This document shows positions 26,280 through 35,675 of a DNA stretch of 64,000 bases, one piece after another (positions within the stretch are counted from its first letter, which is position 1; every line of letters begins with the position of its first letter). The stretch lies in IMG/VR virus record IMGVR_UViG_3300027413_000002; one strand, given 5' to 3'. The notes under the pieces were generated by a model that was not told where the DNA came from, searched no databases, and saw nothing but the letters and a program-made list of their open reading frames with translations. Made by a program: the position numbers and the translations under genes. This stretch comes from a virus.

Positions 26280-26782
26280 TCTTCATCCTCCTTTGGTTCA
26301 TAACCCCAAGTGTATCCGAGGTCTGGGTAAAATACGCCATGAGATCGTTTGGGTTCACCATCTGGATGATATGCCATCACCCGACTCGCCCATTGTATTC
26401 TCTTATCCATATTCTCACCGTAATAATTATCAACCCAATCTCCGTCTCGGAGATATCGGTTCATATTGCGGACATAACCTTCGATAGATTTCACTCTAGC
26501 AATCGCGCCTTTTACACCAGCACGCATGTTGGCTCGCTCGCTCTTGAGTTCTTCTGTATTAGATTTGATCCACTCTTTGACCTTGTTGTATGAAAGATAG
26601 TGATCGTCTTCTAACTCGAGCACTTCCTTACATACGTTCTTGGGTTGAGTGGGATTCGCTGCCTGCTTTGCGGCACGTGCTTTTGCCAAACGCTCGCCTG
26701 CAGCTTTCTTTTGCTCTTCTGTCATCGGCTTGCGTCTACGCTTGGGCTTCTGACGAACATAGGGGGTTGGTTCTTTTGCCAT
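26276..26782 (-). CDS. conserved hypothetical basic protein
   Basis: KPMTEEQK.AA.ERLAKAR; own 17-bp promoter at 26808-26836. Confidence 0.7.
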   Translation of the reverse strand: MAKEPTPYVRQKPKRRRKPMTEEQKKAAGERLAKARAAKQAANPTQPKNVCKEVLELEDDHYLSYNKVKEWIKSNTEELKSERANMRAGVKGAIARVKSIEGYVRNMNRYLRDGDWVDNYYGENMDKRIQWASRVMAYHPDGEPKRSHGVFYPDLGYTWGYEPKEDEE

Positions 26783-26839
26783 AATGGACTCCTTTAGTAA
26801 TACACTAAGTATATATCAGAGTATCCAGAATGTCAAGCA

Positions 26840-27130
26840 TTATCTTGCATCTTCTTCTTTAACCCATATCGGCAGTTCACCGCTGGGAGCAATATTCACC
26901 ATATCTCTAGTGAATTGACCGCTATGCACCATATACTCAAAAGTCTTAAACAGCTTCTGGAACCGAAGTTCAGCAATAGAGCGTAGACCTAGAAGTTGAT
27001 TTTGTAGGTTGTCACAATCCTTTGCCGATAAATCTAGATTGTCAGTATTGTGGAAGATCAAATCAATGTCTTCCACAATACCCCAAGCAGCCATAATTTC
27101 AGACTCTAGATCGAATCTATCTTTCTTCAT
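26840..27130 (-). CDS. hypothetical protein
   Basis: Start MKKDRFDLE, ATGA-coupled. Confidence 0.7.
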   Translation of the reverse strand: MKKDRFDLESEIMAAWGIVEDIDLIFHNTDNLDLSAKDCDNLQNQLLGLRSIAELRFQKLFKTFEYMVHSGQFTRDMVNIAPSGELPIWVKEEDAR

Positions 27131-27360
27131 GCGACCTTCTTGATACGATCTACGATAATCGTGCGCCACGCAGTCTTGTCGACATCAAATACCACTAGGT
27201 GGCTCTCCGATGCTTTAGATGTACCGCCCTTGGTTTCGGGGACAACACTTTCCTGCAACGTGCAATTCATCACACGCTCTGTGCCGTCCAGTTTATCAAA
27301 GGTAATTTCAACCACTCGGTTGGATAGTTCATTCACAATATCAGTCATATTAATCTCCAT
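27127..27360 (-). CDS. SH3-like beta-barrel (WYL_2-like) protein
   Basis: F.K.DGTER.M.CTL...VFDVDK.AWR. Confidence 0.7.
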   Translation of the reverse strand: MEINMTDIVNELSNRVVEITFDKLDGTERVMNCTLQESVVPETKGGTSKASESHLVVFDVDKTAWRTIIVDRIKKVA

Positions 27361-27412
27361 AATATATTTCCCGTTTAAAGTAATACCATTCTACCACAGA
27401 TCTCTATAGATG

Positions 27413-28390
27413 TCAAGCATCATTTTTCTTTTTATCAATCAACCATTGTAGATTAGACTTGATAGATTTTCTGTCAACGGGGTTTAGACTTTCACCAGCA
27501 CTGATTTTATCCATGGCATCTTCAAATGCTTCGTCAGTTTCTATAGGTTTGTCTTCTACCGTTTCTTCGGGCACATCATCCAAGTCTTCTACAAACTCTT
27601 CCATGGGTGTTTCGGTTGCAGTTTCATCCAGAGACATAAACTCGATGCGTTTACCTGTAGCCATATTCAACTGCATATTTGCCGCGATAACGAGTAGGAT
27701 AGCGAGAGGGTCGAATACCAGTACAAGCATAATGATTACAAACCGAACTGCTTCTTCCAAGTTTTGCCTGCCATCATCATAAAGCAGATCCGCAATATAT
27801 TTGATTGGACCAACCTCTACCTCGAATGCTCGAACCTCGGCAGACATCTCAGATCTCGTATCATATAGACCATCGTTCTCAGCTTCTGCTTTGTCGATGA
27901 TAGAACGCATAATCTCGCGCTCTTCTGCTTGCTCTTTGCGAGCATCCAGACCACGAGTAACATATCCGAGATCGGTGTAGCGATCTAGTGTTGCATCGAA
28001 ATTGTCGAGAGTGGTTTGAGCGCGAGAGATCGCCTTATCATTAGATGCGATACGGATGTCCAGTCTCTCGATCTTGGCTGTCGCGTCTCCGCTTTCCACG
28101 CCCTGATCAATATGCGCTTTAGATAGGAATCCGAAGATACCCATTGATGTGATGATTGATAGGATTGCGACCGCTGGGATGAAATATGCCTTCATAAAGA
28201 TATTGGCACGTTCCCAGTTTTGATATAACCATGATGCAGTAACCAATTTGGCGACTTCAAGGACGACACCCATCGCTAGGATAGACATTGCAGCTGCAGG
28301 AAAGATCGCCATAAGTCCGACGATCGAGAAATACCCAGCAACGGCTGACACACCCAGCGCGGATGCAAACAGTAATATTACATATCCCAT
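27413..28390 (-). CDS. membrane protein with coiled coil
   Basis: Three N-terminal TMs, coiled coil, VGPIKY, FDPLA TM. Confidence 0.7.
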   Translation of the reverse strand: MGYVILLFASALGVSAVAGYFSIVGLMAIFPAAAMSILAMGVVLEVAKLVTASWLYQNWERANIFMKAYFIPAVAILSIITSMGIFGFLSKAHIDQGVESGDATAKIERLDIRIASNDKAISRAQTTLDNFDATLDRYTDLGYVTRGLDARKEQAEEREIMRSIIDKAEAENDGLYDTRSEMSAEVRAFEVEVGPIKYIADLLYDDGRQNLEEAVRFVIIMLVLVFDPLAILLVIAANMQLNMATGKRIEFMSLDETATETPMEEFVEDLDDVPEETVEDKPIETDEAFEDAMDKISAGESLNPVDRKSIKSNLQWLIDKKKNDA

Positions 28391-29010
28391 GCTCTATACC
28401 TCATTCCTGCAATCTTTTTGATGTTGATTTGTCTTGAATCAGCAAGTTTAGAACGAAACATTTCGGGTGTCAAAACTTCTTTCAGCTTCAACTGTTCATA
28501 AAATCTATATTCTTCATCCCACTGTTCTTTTGTGTAGTCATCTTTCGACCAATCTTCAAACATAAAATGGTATTCTGGAAATGCAGACAATTTTTGTTCT
28601 AGTGTGGAGTTTCTCAGTAAATAGTCTGATTCAGTTCCAACACGACTGTCTACATAATTTGATAAATCTTTGAAGTGAATAACATGACTGATTTGCTCGA
28701 TATTGATGTTATGAAGATATGGTCTGCCATGTTGTATCGAACTTAGCTGGCAAGAAGATCCAGATTCAGCACGTTCATACGGATCTCTCAAAACCAATAC
28801 GTTTGGGATCGGCTTCGCTGCATTTTTCATTTGTGCGAAAAGAGTTTCGTAATTGTTGAATTGATCGAACGAGACTTTGGGAGTATAGTTGTGTAAAAAG
28901 TCTATCTCATCTTCAACATGTTCGCCTATGATCTTTGTCGTGATGGAACGAGAACCCACTCTTCCGACCATTGCGACATTCATCATGTCAGTTCTAATCA
29001 CACATAACAT
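28378..29010 (-). CDS. hypothetical protein (weak sulfotransferase-like LRDPYER motif)
   Basis: RVGSRS and LRDPYERA.S. Confidence 0.45.
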   Translation of the reverse strand: MLCVIRTDMMNVAMVGRVGSRSITTKIIGEHVEDEIDFLHNYTPKVSFDQFNNYETLFAQMKNAAKPIPNVLVLRDPYERAESGSSCQLSSIQHGRPYLHNINIEQISHVIHFKDLSNYVDSRVGTESDYLLRNSTLEQKLSAFPEYHFMFEDWSKDDYTKEQWDEEYRFYEQLKLKEVLTPEMFRSKLADSRQINIKKIAGMRYRAWDM

Positions 29011-29341
29011 TACGCGGTTTCCACTCCAGTTCTACAAAGTCTGCTAATGGCTCTTTGTTCAATCGTATATTCAACATAGAGTTGAGACACTTTGGGTCGT
29101 GTCTCTGCTGCCATTGCAGAAGAAACTCTTGCATCTTCGCCCAAGATTTCTTCTCGAACTCAGCAATCGTTTCTTTCACTAATTCACCTTCGTATTGTAG
29201 CACATACCTAGACGAGCCATAATACTTTTCATACAGTTTCTGCGGTTTACCCGAATATCCTATGTAGTAATCGCCATTCGGAAAATATGTGCAGTAAACT
29301 CGGTGAACCTGTTTTTCTTTAGGTTTCCGTTTTTTAGCCAT
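28994..29341 (-). CDS. small GIY-YIG-like endonuclease
   Basis: VY...YYIG...YYGSS...E...N. Confidence 0.6.
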   Translation of the reverse strand: MAKKRKPKEKQVHRVYCTYFPNGDYYIGYSGKPQKLYEKYYGSSRYVLQYEGELVKETIAEFEKKSWAKMQEFLLQWQQRHDPKCLNSMLNIRLNKEPLADFVELEWKPRNVMCD

Positions 29342-29360
29342 ACACTATTTAGGAAGTGTA

Positions 29361-29789
29361 TTATAGCATCATATCCAGACGTTCGATTAGGATCTGTCGG
29401 TTCTTCAGGTGTTCCGCTTCGATGTCATTCTTTGATTGACCGTGATATTCAACCGCCAGATTATCACGAATCATAATCTCATTGACTGTCATCACATCAA
29501 CTTCTTCTGAATCCTCTGTAATAAACTCTCCGAGGATTCTTCCGAATTTACCCTTTCCGTCCATTCGAGTGCGGAGAGTGCATCGTTCCCCAAGTTTGTC
29601 TTTGAGGAACGATGCCGCCATTTTTCCGAAAACTTTTTCGATAGGATCTCGCGTCCGCGACTCAGGAGTATCAATACCGTACAGCCGAATACGCTGATTA
29701 GAAAGAATAACACCGAACCCAAGGTCAATATCGACATCCACAGTATCACCATCAACCACACGCCTAATTGTTGCAGAATATTCATACAT
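29361..29789 (-). CDS. thermonuclease (SNase) family nuclease
   Basis: VVDGDT, IRLYGIDTPE, GKFGRILG. Confidence 0.85.
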   Translation of the reverse strand: MYEYSATIRRVVDGDTVDVDIDLGFGVILSNQRIRLYGIDTPESRTRDPIEKVFGKMAASFLKDKLGERCTLRTRMDGKGKFGRILGEFITEDSEEVDVMTVNEIMIRDNLAVEYHGQSKNDIEAEHLKNRQILIERLDMML

Positions 29790-29946
29790 CGTACTCTTCT
29801 CCGTAGTCCAGTTCTAACTCGTCTTCAATATCGAGTTCGTCGCCACAGAAAGTGCAGTGAGTTACTGGATAAAAGTTTTTGTCCATCTCGTGCTCAACCC
29901 AAAATATGGCATCACACGAGGAACATTCGCATCTTTGCTTTACCAT
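29782..29946 (-). CDS. small zinc-ribbon protein (54 aa)
   Basis: CSSC...CTFCG with acidic tail; directly after nrdB. Confidence 0.65.
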   Translation of the reverse strand: MVKQRCECSSCDAIFWVEHEMDKNFYPVTHCTFCGDELDIEDELELDYGEEYDV

Positions 29947-30933
29947 TTATGCTGCTGACCCCCATACGTCACCCCAATCACCTTCAAGTGCGCCACGAGC
30001 ATAATCGGTGGCACGGTTCTCAAAGAAATTTGTATGAGTAGGTGCGTTGATCATTTCTTCTACCCATGGTAGTGGATTCTTCTTCACTTTGAAGATGCCC
30101 TTCATACCGAGACTGATCAGACGACGATCGCAAATGTAACGGATATACTTCTTCACTTCAGCAGAGGTGAGATCCTGCATTTCACCCATGGCAAATGCGA
30201 GGTCGATAAACTTGTCCTCGAGTTCTACCATTTTCTCAGCGATAGAATAAATCTTGCCTTTGAGGTCGTCATTCCAGATCTCGAGGTTCTCTTCGACATA
30301 CTGTCTAAACAGTTTAATCATTGACTCAGCATGCATAGTTTCGTCTACGATCGACCAAGTAACAATCTGACCCATGCCTTTCATCTTACCATGACGTGGG
30401 AAGTTCAGCAACATAATGAACGAGGAGAACAACTGCATACCTTCAGTGAATGCAGAGAACGCAGCAATGTTAGTCGCGACAGTTTTCTTATCCTGTGATG
30501 CGTTAGACATCTCCATGAAATATTCGTGTTTGTCCTTCATCGCTTCATACTCAAGGAACTCACTGTATGTTGACTCAGGCATGCCAAGAGTCTCGATCAG
30601 ATGAGAGTATGCTGCAACGTGTAATGCTTCACGTGCTGCAAATCCAGCAAGCATCATACGAACTTCAGGTTGTGGGAAGTGAGGAAGATAGTTGGTAACA
30701 TAACCACCAGCAACATCAATATCGCCCTGTGTGAAGAAACGAAAAATGTTTGTCAGGAAAGACTGCTCAGCCTCGTTTAGTTTATTCTTCCAATCTTTAA
30801 CGTCTTCAGCCATTGGTACTTCTGTGTGAAGCCAATGTGATTGCTCATGTTTGAGCCATGCTTCGTATGCCCAAGGATAGTTAAAAGGTTTGAAGTAGTC
30901 GCGCTCATCCTGTAGATTTAGTTTCTTAGCCAT
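29947..30933 (-). CDS. nrdB: ribonucleotide reductase class I beta subunit
   Basis: EALH..AY, EG..LFSSF, DETMH, NFFE. Confidence 0.95.
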   Translation of the reverse strand: MAKKLNLQDERDYFKPFNYPWAYEAWLKHEQSHWLHTEVPMAEDVKDWKNKLNEAEQSFLTNIFRFFTQGDIDVAGGYVTNYLPHFPQPEVRMMLAGFAAREALHVAAYSHLIETLGMPESTYSEFLEYEAMKDKHEYFMEMSNASQDKKTVATNIAAFSAFTEGMQLFSSFIMLLNFPRHGKMKGMGQIVTWSIVDETMHAESMIKLFRQYVEENLEIWNDDLKGKIYSIAEKMVELEDKFIDLAFAMGEMQDLTSAEVKKYIRYICDRRLISLGMKGIFKVKKNPLPWVEEMINAPTHTNFFENRATDYARGALEGDWGDVWGSAA

Positions 30934-31579
30934 TTTTCTTCCTAAAAAGTTTTAAATAATTGTTTATGTTTTCGTCTGTTCTATCCCAGATAGATTTCCA
31001 CTTGTCTGTTGTAATCTCATCAACTACTTCATAACCAACAGACCCCAGACAAGTAGTTAGGTCTTTTTGTGACAGATATAAATTTCTGTCAATTGGTTTT
31101 GTTATGCCAGAGTCAAGATATCTCATAAGAACTTCATTAGTGGGCTCTATGTTCTCAGACAAGCCAGTCTCAGAGAATTCAATATTCGTTATCAAAATGT
31201 ATTCTGGATCGTTAAAATTTACGATTTTTTCCAGAAGGTCAATCGGACTGTGTAGGTGATATAATAATCCACAACACAGAACAACATCATATTTTTCTCT
31301 ATGAAGTGCATAATAATCATTATACGGAAGATTATACACAGTTCTGTTTTCATCACTTAGAATTATATCTAACATTTCACAGCAAGTCAAGTCTGGTTCT
31401 ACGACCGTAAACTTCTTTGGATTGCGCAGATTAATGTATGAGGACATTGTCCCGTGTGCTGGTCCAAGTTCTAATACTTCTTTATCTTCGCATATCGAAA
31501 AAAACTTGCCATCAATATAACGAAGAATATTTACTATTGACTCATTATTAATATGAACCTCAAATGGATTATACCCCAA
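30926..31579 (-). CDS. class I SAM-dependent methyltransferase
   Basis: VLELGPAHG, YDVVLCCGLLYHL. Confidence 0.8.
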   Translation of the reverse strand: MGYNPFEVHINNESIVNILRYIDGKFFSICEDKEVLELGPAHGTMSSYINLRNPKKFTVVEPDLTCCEMLDIILSDENRTVYNLPYNDYYALHREKYDVVLCCGLLYHLHSPIDLLEKIVNFNDPEYILITNIEFSETGLSENIEPTNEVLMRYLDSGITKPIDRNLYLSQKDLTTCLGSVGYEVVDEITTDKWKSIWDRTDENINNYLKLFRKKNG

Positions 31580-31781
31580 ATGTAGAGTCCCAATCGGTAA
31601 GTGATTGTGAAAGTTGCACTAATTCTGTATAGCCACCGATGTGCGTATCGCCTGCATAAATTTGAGGAACCTGACCAGTTGGTTGATATTCTTCTTCAAA
31701 TTCAATTTCCATACCATCTAAAAACTGTTTTGCTTGACTACAGAAAGAGCAGTCATCCCTTGAAAATATCTTGACTAACAT
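31569..31781 (-). CDS. glutaredoxin
   Basis: CSFC, VPQI, IGGY. Confidence 0.9.
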   Translation of the reverse strand: MLVKIFSRDDCSFCSQAKQFLDGMEIEFEEEYQPTGQVPQIYAGDTHIGGYTELVQLSQSLTDWDSTFGV

Positions 31782-32377
31782 TAGTTTGTTCCTTTATCTA
31801 ATTTGTTAATTTGTTTGAATGCCCATTCGCGCTCCTTGCACCAAGGGCAGTAACCACATCTTCCCTCATCGAGTTCAGTGCAGCTATGTGTGATATCCAT
31901 TATTTCTTCAGCAATACCCAAGTCAAATGCTATTTGGACAACTTCATCTTTTGTCATCTCAGCAAATGGTTGTGGAACCAAAGTTTCAAATGGAGTACCT
32001 TTAGTGAGGATACGATCCTGATCAGGTTCCATCTCATCATAATACGCTGTTACAGCTGTATACACAACATCAGCATAACCCTCAACTAATATCTCAGAGA
32101 CTCCGCTCTTCACATAGTCGGAAGGATTGTCGGAGTCGATACTTCCCACCACATTAGTGTCGGTATCATACCCTGACCATTTCAGGACTTGGTTTGCATA
32201 TTTTACTGCCCCATCGATCTTTGGGACTGTGTAAGGTCTACAGCTTTGACCACGTTTCTTACACTCTTCATATATGATGTGCCAGAGGACGGCACTATCC
32301 CAACCACCTGAAACACAAACTGCTATTCGTTTGCCTTCAGGTATATTAGCCTTCACATGCGATACATTCTTCATCAT
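31781..32377 (-). CDS. QueC-like PP-loop ATPase
   Basis: SGGWDS PP-loop, PF..MTK, THSC...CGYCPWC.ER. Confidence 0.7.
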   Translation of the reverse strand: MMKNVSHVKANIPEGKRIAVCVSGGWDSAVLWHIIYEECKKRGQSCRPYTVPKIDGAVKYANQVLKWSGYDTDTNVVGSIDSDNPSDYVKSGVSEILVEGYADVVYTAVTAYYDEMEPDQDRILTKGTPFETLVPQPFAEMTKDEVVQIAFDLGIAEEIMDITHSCTELDEGRCGYCPWCKEREWAFKQINKLDKGTN

Positions 32378-34145
32378 TCACCAACGCACTCATATCAAGT
32401 TCATTTATCACTTGGCGTTCAATCCGCTTCGAGACTCTATCAGCTTTACCGAGTTTTTCAGATCGGCAGTAGTACAGAGTCTTCAATCCTTGCTTCCATG
32501 CCAAGTAATGGATTGCGTGGAGGTATTTAATGTTGACGTCAGGACGGAAGAATAGATTGAGTGATTGTGCTTGGTCAATGAATGATTGACGATCTGCAGC
32601 ATGCTCAATCAACCATCTTTGATCGATCTCCATAGAGGTCTTGTATATATACTTTTCATCATCTGTGAGACACTTGAGATGCTGAACAGACCCATCGTTC
32701 GCGATTATTGACGACCAAGTTTCATCATAATCCAGCTTTGAATCTTCCTCACATTTTGCTTTAATGAGTTGATCCAGATACTTGTTTTTGTTAAGAAAAG
32801 CTCCCGATAGAGTGTCCTGTCGATAGGCATTCGCTCTAAAAGGTTCAATAGAAGGGCTAGTGTTTCCCATAATAATAGAGGAGGAAGCATTAGGAGCGAT
32901 AGCCATAACATGGCTAAATCGCTTGCCTGTTCCTTTAGCGTCTGGGGCTTCTCCTCGCGCCTTCCCCAATTGAAGATTTGCTTCATCGAGTTTACTCCTG
33001 ATGAGTCTGAACATACGCATATTCGCACCCTTGGCGATTGCGCTTTCCCACGCAATACCTTTCTTCTGAAGATATGCATGGAATCCCAGAGCACCGATAC
33101 CGATGGAGCGTTCACGTGTAGCACTAAACTTTGCTCGTGCTACAGAGTCAGGAGCATTATCAATAAAGAACTGAAGTACATTGTCGAGCATCTCAGCCAT
33201 ATCTTTCAGGAACATAGGATCTTTCGACCAAGCATCATAATTTTCTAAGTTCACTGAAGACAGACAGCAAACTGCAGTTCTTTCTTCGTTTGTGGGGAGA
33301 ATAATCTCTGAACAGAGGTTAGACTGGTGGATTTTAAGACCGAGTTCTTTTTGGAACTCAGGCATTTTTCGGTTGCTTTGATCAATGAAATGAATGTATG
33401 GTTCACCAGTTTCCATACGCAACTCGAGAATCTTTTGCCATAGTGCCTTTGCTGACACTGTTTCGCGGACTGCACCGCTATGTGGGTCACATAAATTAAA
33501 CCCATCATCTGCATCAGGGTCTTGCATGCATCGCTCAACAACTTCCATAAAGCGATCGCTGATATTGATACCATGGTGCAAATTGAGTGCACGCATATTC
33601 TGGTCGCCAGTCGGCTTCCGCATTTCGAGGAACATCATAATATCTGGATGTGAAATGTCTAAGTAAGCGGCATAACTTCCGCGTCTAGTTTTGCCTTGTC
33701 GATATGCAAGGGAACTTGCATCATAGGTTTTGAGGTGAGGCATAACGCCCACAGACTTCTCATCGGCTGAGCGAATGCCAAACCCAATACCAACACCGCC
33801 ACCAAGCATAGAGAGCCATGCTGTCTCACTGAAGTTCTGAACAAGACCATCAGCCGTGTCCTCAATGTAGTTGAGAAAACAAGAGATAGGCATACCACGC
33901 TTAGAGCGACCATATGAAAGGATAGGAGTTGAGTATGAGAGCCAATGTTTACTGCTGTATTCATATAATCTTTGTGCGTGTTCTGGATTTGACGAGAATG
34001 ATTTACTGACATATGCAAACCTCTCTTGAGGTGTAGTTTCTTCGTCTCGCATATAGCTTTCTTGTAGACGCTGAATACCTAGTTTGTCAAATAAATCGTC
34101 GCGGGATTCATCGATCTGAATCCCCATATATTCTCGTTTTGCCAT
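32346..34145 (-). CDS. nrdA: ribonucleotide reductase class I alpha subunit (no ATP cone)
   Basis: ISCF, SNLCSEI, VCCLSS, APNASSS, KTLYY, C-terminal CIACEG. Confidence 0.95.
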   Translation of the reverse strand: MAKREYMGIQIDESRDDLFDKLGIQRLQESYMRDEETTPQERFAYVSKSFSSNPEHAQRLYEYSSKHWLSYSTPILSYGRSKRGMPISCFLNYIEDTADGLVQNFSETAWLSMLGGGVGIGFGIRSADEKSVGVMPHLKTYDASSLAYRQGKTRRGSYAAYLDISHPDIMMFLEMRKPTGDQNMRALNLHHGINISDRFMEVVERCMQDPDADDGFNLCDPHSGAVRETVSAKALWQKILELRMETGEPYIHFIDQSNRKMPEFQKELGLKIHQSNLCSEIILPTNEERTAVCCLSSVNLENYDAWSKDPMFLKDMAEMLDNVLQFFIDNAPDSVARAKFSATRERSIGIGALGFHAYLQKKGIAWESAIAKGANMRMFRLIRSKLDEANLQLGKARGEAPDAKGTGKRFSHVMAIAPNASSSIIMGNTSPSIEPFRANAYRQDTLSGAFLNKNKYLDQLIKAKCEEDSKLDYDETWSSIIANDGSVQHLKCLTDDEKYIYKTSMEIDQRWLIEHAADRQSFIDQAQSLNLFFRPDVNIKYLHAIHYLAWKQGLKTLYYCRSEKLGKADRVSKRIERQVINELDMSALVNDEECIACEG

Positions 34146-34170
34146 TTATAACTCCTGAAGGTAAATCTAT

Positions 34171-35025
34171 TTAGTCAATCTTAAAGTTTGATTTTTTTAA
34201 CCGATCGTAGACTTCTTTGTGTGTCATTCGATAGGTCGTGAATCGAGCCATAACTCGATGTGTGTCTGTTTTATTGAATACCACGTGTGGTTTGTCTACA
34301 TTTAATACACCGATGCGGTAGTGCAAAGAATCATAGTCGCCAGAATCATTAAGAAATGTGACGGGTGTTGCTTTCGCATTATTCTCATCCAATACAATGT
34401 TAATTGAAGCGCGTGGTGCTTCGTCCATCCATTTATCATAAAAATCGTCACTGATCAGCCGTTCAAAGTGATCCTCGTCTTCGAGGAGATCCCACTTCAC
34501 ACACCAACGATATAGATTATCAACGATATTCTTGCTGATGTCGTTTGGATCAGATGCATCACGATTTATCATCATCTGGAGATCCATCCAAGACTCACCC
34601 ATATTGGTGGAGTTTTGTCTGCCTTTCTCCAAAAATTTATTCCACTCAGTCATGTCGTTTCTATCCTTGAAGAATATAGACGCCATGATGTCAGTGTGTA
34701 ATGCAAACGATGAATTTGGATTCTGTATCGTATACGAACTACCCATTTCCATCGGGACTTGTAACAAGTCCTGCAATTGTTCTTTGTGCTTTTTCAGCAC
34801 TGGCAACCATTCGCCCTTTTTCATATCATATGGCGAAACAGCTGAATAAGAGTTTACATCATCCACATTCGAGTTTTCGTGTGTGGGTAATGCAGCACCC
34901 ATAGACAAGGCATTTTCTTTGGCGGTTTGCTTTACATCTATATCTTCCAGATATTCAGCAACCTCAGACCGTAGACCGTCATAATCGACATCCCAATCTA
35001 TCTCAAAGACCTTATCTTGACTCAC
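34171..35025 (-). CDS. putative 2OG-Fe(II) oxygenase-like protein
   Basis: LHTD ... SIN ... LNV..PH.V.N...R pattern. Confidence 0.5.
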   Translation of the reverse strand: MSQDKVFEIDWDVDYDGLRSEVAEYLEDIDVKQTAKENALSMGAALPTHENSNVDDVNSYSAVSPYDMKKGEWLPVLKKHKEQLQDLLQVPMEMGSSYTIQNPNSSFALHTDIMASIFFKDRNDMTEWNKFLEKGRQNSTNMGESWMDLQMMINRDASDPNDISKNIVDNLYRWCVKWDLLEDEDHFERLISDDFYDKWMDEAPRASINIVLDENNAKATPVTFLNDSGDYDSLHYRIGVLNVDKPHVVFNKTDTHRVMARFTTYRMTHKEVYDRLKKSNFKID

Positions 35026-35675
35026 TCCTCGAGAGCCTTAACAATGTCTGGGAAGTGCTGTCCGATAATTTGCCAGCACTGATCAGCTACAATCATATGT
35101 TCTTTCTGCGTACCATTAGCACGTCGCAGGTCGCAGTAGTGAATCCATGAGCGTAATGAGCCAGCCATATATAACGTAGACATCGTGTTACCTTCTGGGA
35201 GGACAGCACGTGCTTGTTCTTTTGCAATGCCGCGCTCCAGTGCCCAATCGTATGCTTCTTTTGCTGCATGAATTACTCTTGTTTGTTGCATATTCCAAGA
35301 CTCTTGTAACATTCTATCTTCGGTCTCAACCGAGTTCTGTCTGTTTTTAGGATCTTGGAGTCTAGCTTCACGTGTTTCCCATTCAGTCGCCTCAGCATAT
35401 CGCTGACTAAACTCTTGGAAAGAAAAGGATCGGTGTCGTAGGATCTGACGAGCGATATCTCGTGTCGTCTTAATTTCCATCGTCATATGAACCATCTCAA
35501 ACGGTGACCAGTGATCCTCGCGCATCAAATAACTCAATAACTTTGGGGCAGTCTTTTTATTGCTTTGATTTCCTGGATTGCTTACACGCGCAGTATACGC
35601 CACCAATTCACTTGCTGTGCTGCAATCAGTTGTCGCTGACGGTTTACTCAGCGCGACTAAACTCACTTGACTCAT
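35022..35675 (-). CDS. thyX: FAD-dependent thymidylate synthase
   Basis: HWSPFE, RQILRHRSFSFQEFSQRY, EQARAVLP, TQKEH. Confidence 0.95.
   Translation of the reverse strand: MSQVSLVALSKPSATTDCSTASELVAYTARVSNPGNQSNKKTAPKLLSYLMREDHWSPFEMVHMTMEIKTTRDIARQILRHRSFSFQEFSQRYAEATEWETREARLQDPKNRQNSVETEDRMLQESWNMQQTRVIHAAKEAYDWALERGIAKEQARAVLPEGNTMSTLYMAGSLRSWIHYCDLRRANGTQKEHMIVADQCWQIIGQHFPDIVKALEE

Noticed and set aside
30926-31579. DNA methyltransferase partner for TET
   Set aside because: Lacks the PC motif of C5-MTases and the DPPY/NPPY motif of amino-MTases; resembles small-molecule methyltransferases.
31781-32377. 7-deazaguanine DNA modification system
   Set aside because: No folE, queD, queE or dpdA in the window; QueC-like gene alone is insufficient.
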